DNA of 63,850 nt from Gemmiger sp. GTDB lineage: Bacteria > Bacillota > Clostridia > Oscillospirales > Ruminococcaceae. Position numbers and translations under genes: made by a program. Positions 1-8,927 of the stretch are shown here, piece after piece. The stretch spans positions 1 through 63,850 of the forward strand of contig CAVGKH010000001.1 in the NCBI GenBank assembly GCA_963629755.1. The letters run 5' to 3'. The first letter of the stretch is position 1. The number at the start of each line of letters is the position of its first letter. Below the pieces are notes generated by a model. The model searched no databases, was not told the origin of the DNA, and saw only the letters and a list, made by a program, of their open reading frames with translations.

Positions 1-321
1 TCCCTGCGCCCTTTCGGCCGCCCTGTCTCGCGACAGCTTTGCTATAATACCACCTTCACCTACACTTTGTCAACTACTTTTTTACATGTTTTTTCTTTTT
101 TTGCAAAAAAGTTTTAGCCTTCTTCTTTCGCCTATTGAAATCTTACCTATTTACGGATATTATTATAGATAAGCTCTTTTAAGCCAATTTTGTTTATACC
201 CATCTGTTTTTAAAAACCCTCGGCTTCCATCTATTATTTATGTATTATAATATATTACATTATATAGCAGTGCGCTGCGCTCGCTTTATATAATGCCCTA
301 TTATCATAAAGGAGTTCTTTC

Positions 322-1095
322 ATGATCCTTACTGTCAATATCGGCAATACCAACATCACTCTGGGTGCTTTCGAGGGCAGTTCCATATTATTTTCAGCCC
401 GGCTTGCCAGTGTAAAGGCTGCCACTGCCGATGAATACGCCGTGCGCATTGGCGGCGTGATGTCGCTGCATCACATTGACCCTGCCCAGGTCGAGGGCGC
501 CATTCTGGGCAGTGTTGTTCCCAGCCTCACCACCCCTATTAAAACCGCTCTGGAAATGCTCTATTCTGTGCGTGTGCGCACGGTAGGCCCCGGCCTGCGC
601 AGCGGCCTGCCGCTGCGCATCGATAACCCCTCTGAGCTTGGGGCTGAGCTTTTGTGCGGTGCAGTCGCCGCTTTGCAGATCCATAAGCCCCCTCTGGTTC
701 TGATCCATATGGATACCGCCTGCAGCATGATGGCCATTAACGCTGCTGGGCAACTGGTGGGCGGCGTGATCTGCGCCGGTCCGCACTTGGCTCTCAATAC
801 TCTGGTGCGCCACACCAGCCAGCTTTCTCATGTAGATGTGGATACCCCTGTTGGCAGTGTGCTGGCCACAACCACCGCCGGCAGCCTGCACACCGGCGCT
901 GTACTGGGCACCGCTGTCATGATCGACGGCCTTATGGCGCGTTTTCGCGCTGAACTGGGCGAAGATACCGCCGTCATCGCCACCGGACAGTTTCCTAAAA
1001 GCATCCTGAATGCCTGCACCTGCGGCATCATCTACCGCGAAAACCTGATTTTAGACGGCCTCTATATGATCTGGTGCAAAAATAAAAAAAAGTAA
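322..1095 (+). CDS. coaX: type III pantothenate kinase
   Basis: 257-aa ORF. N-terminal MILTVNIGNTNITLG matches the CoaX phosphate-1 motif. AAGGAG RBS lies upstream of the ATG. Confidence 0.8.
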   Translation: MILTVNIGNTNITLGAFEGSSILFSARLASVKAATADEYAVRIGGVMSLHHIDPAQVEGAILGSVVPSLTTPIKTALEMLYSVRVRTVGPGLRSGLPLRIDNPSELGAELLCGAVAALQIHKPPLVLIHMDTACSMMAINAAGQLVGGVICAGPHLALNTLVRHTSQLSHVDVDTPVGSVLATTTAGSLHTGAVLGTAVMIDGLMARFRAELGEDTAVIATGQFPKSILNACTCGIIYRENLILDGLYMIWCKNKKK

Positions 1096-1251
1096 TCCCT
1101 GCCCAGCTCTGCGCCCTTTCTTGCAGCTTCTTCCTCTGCCTTTTACCATGGGGCTTTTATCGCATGCTCCCGCATTTTTCATTTTTCCCCTTTTCTTTTG
1201 CCCTAAAATATGCTATGATAGCTAAAGTTCCCATAAGAGAATGTTTTATAT

Positions 1252-1328
1252 GCGATCGTAGCTCAGCTGGATAGAGCGTTCGGCTCCGACCCGGAAGGCC
1301 AGAGGTTCGAATCCTCCCGGTCGCACCA
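1252..1328 (+). tRNA. tRNA-Arg (anticodon CCG)
   Basis: Cloverleaf read by eye: acceptor GCGATCG/CGGTCGC, D-arm GCTC..GAGC, anticodon stem TTCGG/CCGGA with loop CTCCGAC, T-arm with GGTTCGAATCC, encoded CCA end. Confidence 0.9.
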
Positions 1329-1329
1329 G

Positions 1330-1362
1330 GCAGCACCTTTTTATAAAGGGTGCTGCTTTTTT
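1330..1362 (+). terminator. intrinsic terminator after tRNA-Arg
   Basis: 8-bp stem GCAGCACC/GGTGCTGC followed by TTTTTT. Confidence 0.75.
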
Positions 1363-1525
1363 ATTGCTTATTTTTGCCCCGCCGGGCGTGCAGAGCCTTG
1401 TTCTGTGCGTCCGGTCTTTATTTTTATCTGTCTCTTCCAGTTTTTCCACAAATCTTACACAAGATTTTCAGCGGTTTTTCAAGCATTCATCTTAAAATAT
1501 AGATGTTATTTTAGGAGGTGCGAGT

Positions 1526-2509
1526 ATGATCGCAGTTGAACACTTGACCAAGCGATACGGCACTTTTACAGCGGTGGATGATATCTCTTTCACGCTGCAG
1601 GAGGGCCATATCTACGGTTTCTTAGGGCCAAACGGCGCGGGCAAATCTACCACCATGAATATCATGACGGGCTGCCTAGCCGCTACCGGCGGCACCGTGA
1701 CCATCGACGGGCTGGATATTTTTGAAGAAGCCAAGGCAGCCAAAAAGCTGCTGGGTTATCTGCCCGAGATCCCGCCACTGTACCCCGAGCAGACCCCCGA
1801 GGAATACCTGCGCTTTGTGGCCGAAGCGAAAGGCACGCCCAAAGCCGAGATTGATGCACAGGTGGCGCAGGCTATGGCCGAGACCCGGCTTGAGCCCATG
1901 GCAAACCGTTTGATCCGCCATCTTTCCAAGGGCTACCGCCAGCGTGTGGGCATTGCACAGGCACTGCTGGGTGACCCACGCTATATCATCCTTGATGAGC
2001 CCACGGTCGGCCTTGACCCTTTGCAGATCATCGAGATCCGTGACCTCATTCGTGAGCTTGGGCAAAAGCGTACTGTGATTTTGAGCTCACATATTTTAAG
2101 CGAGGTGCAGGCTATCTGCGAAAGCGTGCTGATCATCGCACACGGCAAGCTGGTAGCCTTTGATACCCCGCAGAACCTTGAGCAGCGCCTGGCCAGCGGC
2201 GGCCGTCTTACCCTGACCGCCGACTGCACGCCCGAGAAGCTGCACGCCTTGCTTTCTACCGTGCCCGCCGTTACCGGCTGCGAGGTGCTTTCCGGCGAAG
2301 ATAATCGCTGCAAAGCCCGCTTGGAGGTTTCGGGCGATGCCGCCGAAGCCTGCAAGGCACTGTTCTTTGCGTTTGCAAAGGCCGAAACTGCGATTTTGCA
2401 GCTTACGCCTGAAAAGGCTGATCTTGAAAATATCTTTATCGAGCTGACAGACTCCGATTCTGAGCCGCTGCCCGATGGAAAGGAGCCTCAGAATGAAAGC
2501 GATCTTTAA
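1526..2509 (+). CDS. ABC transporter ATP-binding protein (ABC-2/GldA-like)
   Basis: Walker A GPNGAGKST, signature LSKGYRQR, Walker B ILDEP. GGAGG RBS. Confidence 0.85.
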   Translation: MIAVEHLTKRYGTFTAVDDISFTLQEGHIYGFLGPNGAGKSTTMNIMTGCLAATGGTVTIDGLDIFEEAKAAKKLLGYLPEIPPLYPEQTPEEYLRFVAEAKGTPKAEIDAQVAQAMAETRLEPMANRLIRHLSKGYRQRVGIAQALLGDPRYIILDEPTVGLDPLQIIEIRDLIRELGQKRTVILSSHILSEVQAICESVLIIAHGKLVAFDTPQNLEQRLASGGRLTLTADCTPEKLHALLSTVPAVTGCEVLSGEDNRCKARLEVSGDAAEACKALFFAFAKAETAILQLTPEKADLENIFIELTDSDSEPLPDGKEPQNESDL

Positions 2510-3356
2510 ACACGAGCTCAGCCTTTATTACCATGGCCTGCTGGCCTATGTATTCGGGGCTGCCCTGCTTGAGTTCATCGGCCTGGGCGCTATGCTTTAC
2601 AACATCAACCGCGCCGTGGCCAACTTTGAATATGCTCTGGGCACCTTTTGCATTGGTTTTATCGCCTTGGTGCCTATTCTTACCATGCGTGTGATCGCCG
2701 AAGAGAAAAAGCAGAAAACCGACCAGCTGCTTTCGCTTTTGCCCATTACCAGCACCGATATCGTGCTTGGTAAATACTTTGCCATGGCTCTGGTGTTTAT
2801 CGCCCCAATGCTGGTGGCATGCGTTTATCCGTTTATCTTCTCTTTATACGGCGATGTCTACCTGCCCAGCGCCTACGGCGCACTTGTGGCCTTTATCTTT
2901 TTAGGGCTGGCGCTTATCTCCATCGGCATGTTTATTTCTTCGCTTACCGAGTCGCAGGGTATGGCCGCCGGTTTATGCGTAGCCGCCATGCTGCTGTGCT
3001 ACTATGCTTCTTCTCTGGCCGATCAGATCTCGGGCAAATTTGTAAACATCGTGGTGCTGCTGGTGCTGGCCGCTGTGCTGGCAATTCTGGTAAAAAAGCT
3101 CACCGCTTCCAGCGCCGCCGGGGGCGTTGTGTTTGTTTTGTGCGCCGCCGTGCTGGCAGGCTTTGGCATTGCCAAGCCCAGTGCGCTGGAAACCGCTGTG
3201 CCCACCTTAATGAAGACTCTTTCGCCGTTTGAGCGCTTTTACACCTTTGTAAACGGCGTGTTCGATTTGACCGGCATCGTATACTACATCAGCATTGCGG
3301 TGTTTTTCCTGTTTTTGTGCGTGCAGTGCTGGGAGAAAAAGAGGTATAACGGATGA
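2493..3356 (+). CDS. ABC-2 type transporter permease (GldF-like)
   Basis: Polytopic hydrophobic ORF overlapping the ATPase stop. Start moved to ATG 2493 (MKAIFKHE), which has AAGGAG 7 nt upstream. Confidence 0.7.
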   Translation: MKAIFKHELSLYYHGLLAYVFGAALLEFIGLGAMLYNINRAVANFEYALGTFCIGFIALVPILTMRVIAEEKKQKTDQLLSLLPITSTDIVLGKYFAMALVFIAPMLVACVYPFIFSLYGDVYLPSAYGALVAFIFLGLALISIGMFISSLTESQGMAAGLCVAAMLLCYYASSLADQISGKFVNIVVLLVLAAVLAILVKKLTASSAAGGVVFVLCAAVLAGFGIAKPSALETAVPTLMKTLSPFERFYTFVNGVFDLTGIVYYISIAVFFLFLCVQCWEKKRYNG

Positions 3357-4807
3357 AAGACTTAAAAACCAAATGGCGGCAGCTGCTTGCACAAAACCGC
3401 CAGGCCCTTACCACCCGCACCGCGCGCGTGGGCGGCTACAGCTTTTTGCTGGGTCTCATTGTGCTGGCTATCTTAGTAGCTGTTAATGTGCTGGTAAGCG
3501 TTTTGCCCAGCAAATTTACCCAGTTTGATATTTCCGCCGCGCAGCTTTACTCGCTTACCAGCGATACCAAGGTAGTAGTCACCAATCTCGACCAGGATGT
3601 AAAGATCGACTGGATCACCGAGACCGGCAAAGAGGATACCGTAGTGCAAAAGCTGCTCGACCGCTATGCTGACCTTTCTGACCATATCTCGATCGAGAAA
3701 AAAGACCCTGACACCTACCCCACCTTTGCCCAGCAGTACACCGATGAAACTGTGCAGAACAACTCGCTGGTGGTGGAATGCGGCTCAAAGAACCGCTATA
3801 TCGGCTACGACTCGATTTATAACACCGATATGAGCACCTACTACAGCACCGGCTCGATCTCGCGCAGCTTTGACGGCGAGGGGCAGATCACCTCGGCCAT
3901 CGACTATGTTACCAGCGAAGAGCTGCCTCAGGTATACCTGCTGAGCGGCCACGGTGAAGCCGATCTTTCTGACAACTTTACCAGCCAGCTGGAACGCGGC
4001 AACTACGAGACCGTAAAGGATTTCAGCCTTTTGAATGTTGACAGCGTGCCCGAAGAGTGCGATGCCATCATCATCAACGCCCCCACCAGCGACATTTCAG
4101 ACGAAGAGCTCACCATGCTGCGCGACTATATCGCAGACGGCGGCAAGGTTCTGGTGTTCTCTGGCCCGCAGCAAAACGGCCTGCTCACCAACCTGACCGC
4201 ACTGCTCAGCGACTATGGTGTTACCGCAGGCGAGGGCATTGTGGTAGACCCTGACCGCGAGCATTATGCCTTTACCCAGCCCTATATCCTGATGCCCGAT
4301 ATTCAGCAGAGCGACATCACAGATCCCCTCACGGAGGGTTCATACCATGTGATCGTGCCCATTGCCACCGGCCTGACTTTGAGCGATTCCAGTACGGCCA
4401 CCGCCCTGCTGACCACTTCTGATTCTGCCTTCTCCAAGCTGGACGGCTACGCCATGACCACCTACGACCGTGAAGACGATGATCCCGCCGGGCCCTTCAC
4501 GCTGGCCGTTTCGGCCGAAAGCAGCCAGGGCGGCAAGCTGGTTTGGATCGCCAGCGATTACCTGCTCGACGATCTGTACAACTCGTACTCCTCGGGTGCC
4601 AATATGGATCTTGCCATGAACAGCCTTTCCTGGATGATCGGTCAGGGAGACTCGGTGAGCATCCGCTCTAAATCGCTCGACAGCAGCTACCTCACCATCA
4701 GCTCTTCCTCGGCAGCCTGGCTGAAGATCTGCATGATTGGCATTGTGCCCATCGCATTCTTGCTGCTGGGTGTGGACGAAGTGCTTCGCAGGAGGAAAAT
4801 GGTATGA
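3353..4807 (+). CDS. GldG-like ABC-transporter auxiliary protein
   Basis: 484 aa with N- and C-terminal TM helices flanking a large soluble domain. ATGA overlap with the permease. Position is typical of GldG-family partners. Confidence 0.6.
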   Translation: MKDLKTKWRQLLAQNRQALTTRTARVGGYSFLLGLIVLAILVAVNVLVSVLPSKFTQFDISAAQLYSLTSDTKVVVTNLDQDVKIDWITETGKEDTVVQKLLDRYADLSDHISIEKKDPDTYPTFAQQYTDETVQNNSLVVECGSKNRYIGYDSIYNTDMSTYYSTGSISRSFDGEGQITSAIDYVTSEELPQVYLLSGHGEADLSDNFTSQLERGNYETVKDFSLLNVDSVPEECDAIIINAPTSDISDEELTMLRDYIADGGKVLVFSGPQQNGLLTNLTALLSDYGVTAGEGIVVDPDREHYAFTQPYILMPDIQQSDITDPLTEGSYHVIVPIATGLTLSDSSTATALLTTSDSAFSKLDGYAMTTYDREDDDPAGPFTLAVSAESSQGGKLVWIASDYLLDDLYNSYSSGANMDLAMNSLSWMIGQGDSVSIRSKSLDSSYLTISSSSAAWLKICMIGIVPIAFLLLGVDEVLRRRKMV

Positions 4808-6168
4808 AAAGGCAAAAAAATCTTTTGATCCTGGGCGGTGTGCTGGCTGCGCTGTGTGTGGGCATTTTTGCCGTGACCGGCGTAGAAAAGCACATCGACA
4901 AGATCTCTACCGTGAGTGAGGATATCATTACGGCTGACCCGGACACCCTTACCCAGATCAGCTGGACGGTAAGCGGCAAGACCCTTACCTTTACCAAGGG
5001 CGACAGCGGCTGGCAGCAGGAGGGCGATGATGCTTTCCCGGTCGATCAGGATAAGATCAGCGACCTGCTCGACCATTTTGCCCCGCTCACAGCCAGCTTT
5101 GTGATCAACGATGTCAGCGATTACGGACAGTATGGGCTGGACAGCCCCACCGGCACCGTTACGCTCACCACCGCGGACGGTGACACCACGCTGAGCATGG
5201 GCAGCTATTCTACCATGGATCAAAAGCGCTATGTGATGCTTGAAAAAGGCACCGTGTATCTGGTAGATGATGATGTGGAGGATGCACTTTCCACCGACCA
5301 CGACGACTTTATGCAGACCGACAGTGTGCCCGACACCACACAGATCACCCAGATCAGCCGCACAGGCGATGATGCCTTTACGGCCGACTATCTGCCCAAG
5401 GAAACGCACTCTTACACCACCGATTACCACTTTTATACAAACAACGGCAGCTACACCGTGCTTTCTGACGATAAGATCGATACCTTTGTAAGCCGCCTGA
5501 AGGCCCTTGACTGGGGCGACTACGCCACCTACAAGGCCTCTGACAGCGACCTTTCCACTTACGGCCTGGACAACCCCGCCGCCTCGTTTGTCATCAGCTA
5601 CGAAAGCGAGGACGGTGACGGCAGCTTTACCGTAAGCTTTGGCAATGTGGGCGATGATAAGTATTACTGCCGCATGAATGATTCCGCCATTGTATGCAAT
5701 GTGAGCGAATCGGATTATACCAGCCTGACCGGCACGGATGCCAACGCTCTGCGCCCCTCAAGCGTGCTTACGCTCGACTGGGATAAGGTCACCGCGCTGG
5801 ACTTTACACTGGATGATGTGACCTGTGCCATCACCCACAAGGGCGATAAATTCCTGTATAACGAAAGCGAAGCTGATTTCAGCGCCGTACAAAGCGCGGT
5901 AAACGCACTGAGCGTGGGCACCTTTAACAGCGAAACGCCCGGCGAAAAGAAAGAGCTGGAATTTACCGTATCGCTGGATAACACCGACTATCCCACCCTT
6001 ACAATAGCCGCCTACCGGTATGACGGTGAAAACTGCCTGGTGCAGCTGAATGGTGAAACACTCGGCCTTGTGCCCCGCAGCCAGGTAAGCACCCTGCGCG
6101 AGGCTGTAACGGCCATTGCCCTCGGCAAAGCTGACGACAGTGCCAGCAGCACCGAAAGCAGCACCTGA
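4804..6168 (+). CDS. DUF4340-like membrane-anchored protein
   Basis: 454 aa with an N-terminal TM anchor and a Asp/Thr/Ser-rich extracytoplasmic body. Fourth gene of the GldA/F/G-type operon (4-nt overlap). Confidence 0.5.
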   Translation: MKRQKNLLILGGVLAALCVGIFAVTGVEKHIDKISTVSEDIITADPDTLTQISWTVSGKTLTFTKGDSGWQQEGDDAFPVDQDKISDLLDHFAPLTASFVINDVSDYGQYGLDSPTGTVTLTTADGDTTLSMGSYSTMDQKRYVMLEKGTVYLVDDDVEDALSTDHDDFMQTDSVPDTTQITQISRTGDDAFTADYLPKETHSYTTDYHFYTNNGSYTVLSDDKIDTFVSRLKALDWGDYATYKASDSDLSTYGLDNPAASFVISYESEDGDGSFTVSFGNVGDDKYYCRMNDSAIVCNVSESDYTSLTGTDANALRPSSVLTLDWDKVTALDFTLDDVTCAITHKGDKFLYNESEADFSAVQSAVNALSVGTFNSETPGEKKELEFTVSLDNTDYPTLTIAAYRYDGENCLVQLNGETLGLVPRSQVSTLREAVTAIALGKADDSASSTESST

Positions 6169-6195
6169 TTTTCATTTTTAGAATTTTTTCAAAAA

Positions 6196-6229
6196 GGGAC
6201 TGTTTGCAGCCGCAAGCAGCCCCTTTTTG
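6196..6229 (+). terminator. intrinsic terminator of the ABC-2 operon
   Basis: About 11-bp stem GGGACTGTTTGC/GCAAGCAGCCCC followed by TTTTT. Confidence 0.7.
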
Positions 6230-6290
6230 CATCGGTAAATTGTGGTTTGTGTGCCCAGCATAAATTCAAATTTTACAGTCCACAATCTTC

Positions 6291-6319
6291 TTGACAATCG
6301 TCCGAATTCGTACTATAAT
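6291..6319 (+). promoter_or_regulatory. sigma-70-type promoter of marR-MATE operon
   Basis: Perfect TTGACA (6291-6296), 17-nt spacer, perfect TATAAT (6314-6319). Confidence 0.7.
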
Positions 6320-6343
6320 GGCTCTCGTTGTCCGATTTCGTAC
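6300..6343 (+). promoter_or_regulatory. two copies of a 14-bp pseudo-palindrome (putative MarR operator)
   Basis: GTCCGAATTCGTAC (6300-6313, fills the promoter spacer) and GTCCGATTTCGTAC (6330-6343). Confidence 0.55.
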
Positions 6344-6366
6344 TTATACTTCAGAAAGGATCCTTT

Positions 6367-6810
6367 ATGCCGATTCCTGATTCACTTTCTGCACAGATCC
6401 ACAGGATCAACACCCTTACCGCTGAATCTGATTTTCTTTATCACCAGGCTGCGCTCAAGCTCGGCGTGTCAGACAGTATGCTTCGCGTGCTGTATACCAT
6501 TTTAGACCAAGGCGACGGCTGCCCTTTGGCTGATGTGTGCCGCCAATCTGCCCTCAGCAAGCAAACCGTTAATTCTGTGATCCGCCAGCTGGAAAGCGCC
6601 GGTATGCTCACCTTGGCCCCCTACCGAGGCAATGCAAAAAAAGTAATGCTCACCCCGCAGGGGCAGGCCTATGCGCAGCAAACGGCGGGCCGCCTGTACG
6701 ATGCCGAAGTGCGTGTTTATTCAGATTGGAGCGAAGACGAAGTTCAGCAAAATCTTCTGCTCATGCAAAAATACAACAGCGGCCTGCGCGCACAGCTTGA
6801 TAAACTTTGA
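6367..6810 (+). CDS. MarR family transcriptional regulator
   Basis: 147 aa from ATG 6367 (GAAAGGA RBS). Winged-helix region LADVCRQSALSKQTVNSVIRQLESAGML. Confidence 0.75.
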   Translation: MPIPDSLSAQIHRINTLTAESDFLYHQAALKLGVSDSMLRVLYTILDQGDGCPLADVCRQSALSKQTVNSVIRQLESAGMLTLAPYRGNAKKVMLTPQGQAYAQQTAGRLYDAEVRVYSDWSEDEVQQNLLLMQKYNSGLRAQLDKL

Positions 6811-6837
6811 TTTTACTGTTTTTAGGAGACCTGTTTT

Positions 6838-8172
6838 ATGAAAATCCAGCTTTCGGATCACTTTACCTATTCCCGCTTGATCCGCTTTACCCTGCCCTCT
6901 ATGGCCATGATGATCTTTACCTCGATCTATGGCGTGGTAGACGGCTTTTTCGTTTCTAACTTTGCGGGCAAAACCGCCTTTGCCGCGGTCAACCTTATCA
7001 TGCCGTTTCTGATGATCACGGCCACCGTGGGCTTTATGCTGGGCACTGGCGGCACAGCCATTGTGGCCCGTGCCCTGGGTGAGGGCCGCAAAGAATATGC
7101 CAACCGCTGCTTTTCGCTGTTTGTTTATACAGCGCTGGTGCTGGGCGTGGTGATCGCTGTGCTGGGGTTTGTGTTTATCCGGCCCATTTCGGCCATGCTG
7201 GGTGCCTCCGGCCAGCTTTTGGACGATTGCGCCGTTTATGGCCGCATCAATCTGTTGGCACTGCCCTTTTATATTTTGCAGCTTTTGTTCCAAACCTTTT
7301 TTCCCGCTGCCGAAAAGCCGCAGCTAGGCTTTGGGGTCACGGTAGCCTCCGGCCTTACCAACATGGTTCTGGATGCCGTGCTGGTGCCGCTTCTGCCCGC
7401 CCCTTACAAGCTGATGGGCGCAGCGGCCGCCACTGCTTTAAGCCAGGTAGTGGGCGGCGCTATTCCGCTTTTCTACTTTCTCCGCCCCAACAAAAGCCTT
7501 TTGCGCCTGGGCTGCACCCGGTTTGACGGCAAGCCCCTGCGCAAAGCCTGCATCAACGGCTCTTCTGAGTTTATGAGCAATGTTGCCATGAGCGTTGTCA
7601 GCATTCTTTACAACTGGCAGCTCATTTTATATGCAGGTGAAAACGGCATTGCTGCCTACGGCGTAATGATGTATGTCAGCTTTATTTTTGCCGCCGCCTT
7701 TATCGGCTACTCAATGGGCGTTGGCCCCATTGTAAGCTTTCACGATGGTGCACGCAATCTGTCCGAGCTGCACAGCCTGCTGCGCAAAAGCCTGATTTTA
7801 AACGGTGCGGGCGGCGCGGTGATGCTGCTGGCTGCACAGCTGCTGGCAACGCCCCTGGCGCGTGTTTTTGTGGGCTACGATGCCGAGCTGATGGCCCTTA
7901 CCGTTTCCGGCTTCCGCATTTATGCCCTTTCGTTTGTATTTATGGGCTTCGGCATTTTTGCCTCCGGCTTTTTCACGGCCCTCAATGACGGCCTTACCAG
8001 TGCGCTGATCTCGTTTATGCGCACACTGGTGCTTGAGGTTGCCGCCGTGCTCATTCTGCCCCTGCTGTTCGGCATTACCGGCGTGTGGGCTTCCATTGTG
8101 GCCGCCCAGGCGCTGGCCACCGTGCTTGCTGCCATTTTCCTGCGCATAAAGCAGCCGCGCTACGGCTATTGA
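6838..8172 (+). CDS. MATE family efflux transporter
   Basis: 444 aa, about 12 TM helices. N-terminus LPSMAMMIFTSIYGVVDGFFVSNFAGKTAFAAV is typical of MATE/NorM proteins. Confidence 0.85.
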   Translation: MKIQLSDHFTYSRLIRFTLPSMAMMIFTSIYGVVDGFFVSNFAGKTAFAAVNLIMPFLMITATVGFMLGTGGTAIVARALGEGRKEYANRCFSLFVYTALVLGVVIAVLGFVFIRPISAMLGASGQLLDDCAVYGRINLLALPFYILQLLFQTFFPAAEKPQLGFGVTVASGLTNMVLDAVLVPLLPAPYKLMGAAAATALSQVVGGAIPLFYFLRPNKSLLRLGCTRFDGKPLRKACINGSSEFMSNVAMSVVSILYNWQLILYAGENGIAAYGVMMYVSFIFAAAFIGYSMGVGPIVSFHDGARNLSELHSLLRKSLILNGAGGAVMLLAAQLLATPLARVFVGYDAELMALTVSGFRIYALSFVFMGFGIFASGFFTALNDGLTSALISFMRTLVLEVAAVLILPLLFGITGVWASIVAAQALATVLAAIFLRIKQPRYGY

Positions 8173-8195
8173 TTTTATATTGATATGCGCAAAAA

Positions 8196-8227
8196 GCAGC
8201 CCGCCCGGCTTTAGCCGGGCGGGCTGC
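8196..8227. terminator. bidirectional intrinsic terminator
   Basis: 14-bp perfect stem GCAGCCCGCCCGGC TTTA GCCGGGCGGGCTGC between convergent MATE and DUF2500 genes. Confidence 0.8.
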
Positions 8228-8309
8228 CCTTATAAAACCCATTTTTGCAAATGGGGACTATCGCAGAAACTTTTTAAATAGGTTTGCAGGTGCGGAATTC
8301 TGCGGTATT

Positions 8310-8657
8310 TCAGTTTCTCTCAAACCCCAGATAGCGCGTGCCCTGAAAACTCAGCTTTTCCCTGTTGCCTTCCGCCAGCATTCTGTATTCCGAACCATGT
8401 ACTGTAAGCTCCATGCGGTCGCCGCTTTCCACCTGAAATGTTACATAATAAACCGTAGAAGAATGCACAGCGCCGTTTCCCGTGTTGTGATGCGTCACAC
8501 TCATGCGTTTGGCCACCACCAACGCCGAAACCGTAAGCCGCGGCGAATGATTGTTTCTGTTCCAGGTTTGTATATTTCGAATAATGGTATACACGATCAT
8601 GCCCAGAACCACAAGAAACAGAATATTGAATAAAACACCTGTGCCAGCGTAAATCAT
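8310..8657 (-). CDS. DUF2500-like small membrane protein
   Basis: 115 aa: one N-terminal TM helix, then a beta-rich domain (VYYVTFQVESGDRMELTV). Confidence 0.6.
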   Translation of the reverse strand: MIYAGTGVLFNILFLVVLGMIVYTIIRNIQTWNRNNHSPRLTVSALVVAKRMSVTHHNTGNGAVHSSTVYYVTFQVESGDRMELTVHGSEYRMLAEGNREKLSFQGTRYLGFERN

Positions 8658-8719
8658 ATTGCTCCTCCAAAATTTCTTTCGGTGGGTTTCTCACCCCTGC
8701 TGCGTCATGCTCTGCAGCT

Positions 8720-8758
8720 GGCCTTCCTGCACCATAAGGTGCAGGAAGGCCGTTTTTT
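8720..8758 (+). terminator. orphan plus-strand terminator-like hairpin
   Basis: 14-bp perfect stem GGCCTTCCTGCACC ATAA GGTGCAGGAAGGCC followed by GTTTTTT. No plus-strand gene ends here. Confidence 0.5.
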
Positions 8759-8927
8759 ACAAAATTCTTATGGGCATTTTCAGTATAGCATGGAAAAATA
8801 ATAACCTCAATGCCAAGCCTTTTTTTGCACTGTTTTGCGAATTTTGGGTGACGACGCGGCACAAAAGCGGTATAATAGAACCAACAGCCTGCGCGCCTTT
8901 GCGCAGCCATAAAAGGGAGGGTATTAA

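Noticed and set aside
1-321. AT-rich 320 bp at the window start, containing a TTTTTTTGCAAAAAA palindrome. It was considered as an origin-like or mobile-element edge.
   Set aside because: No DnaA-box clusters, repeats or ORFs could be supported. It is most simply the coaX promoter region, and the upstream context is outside the window.
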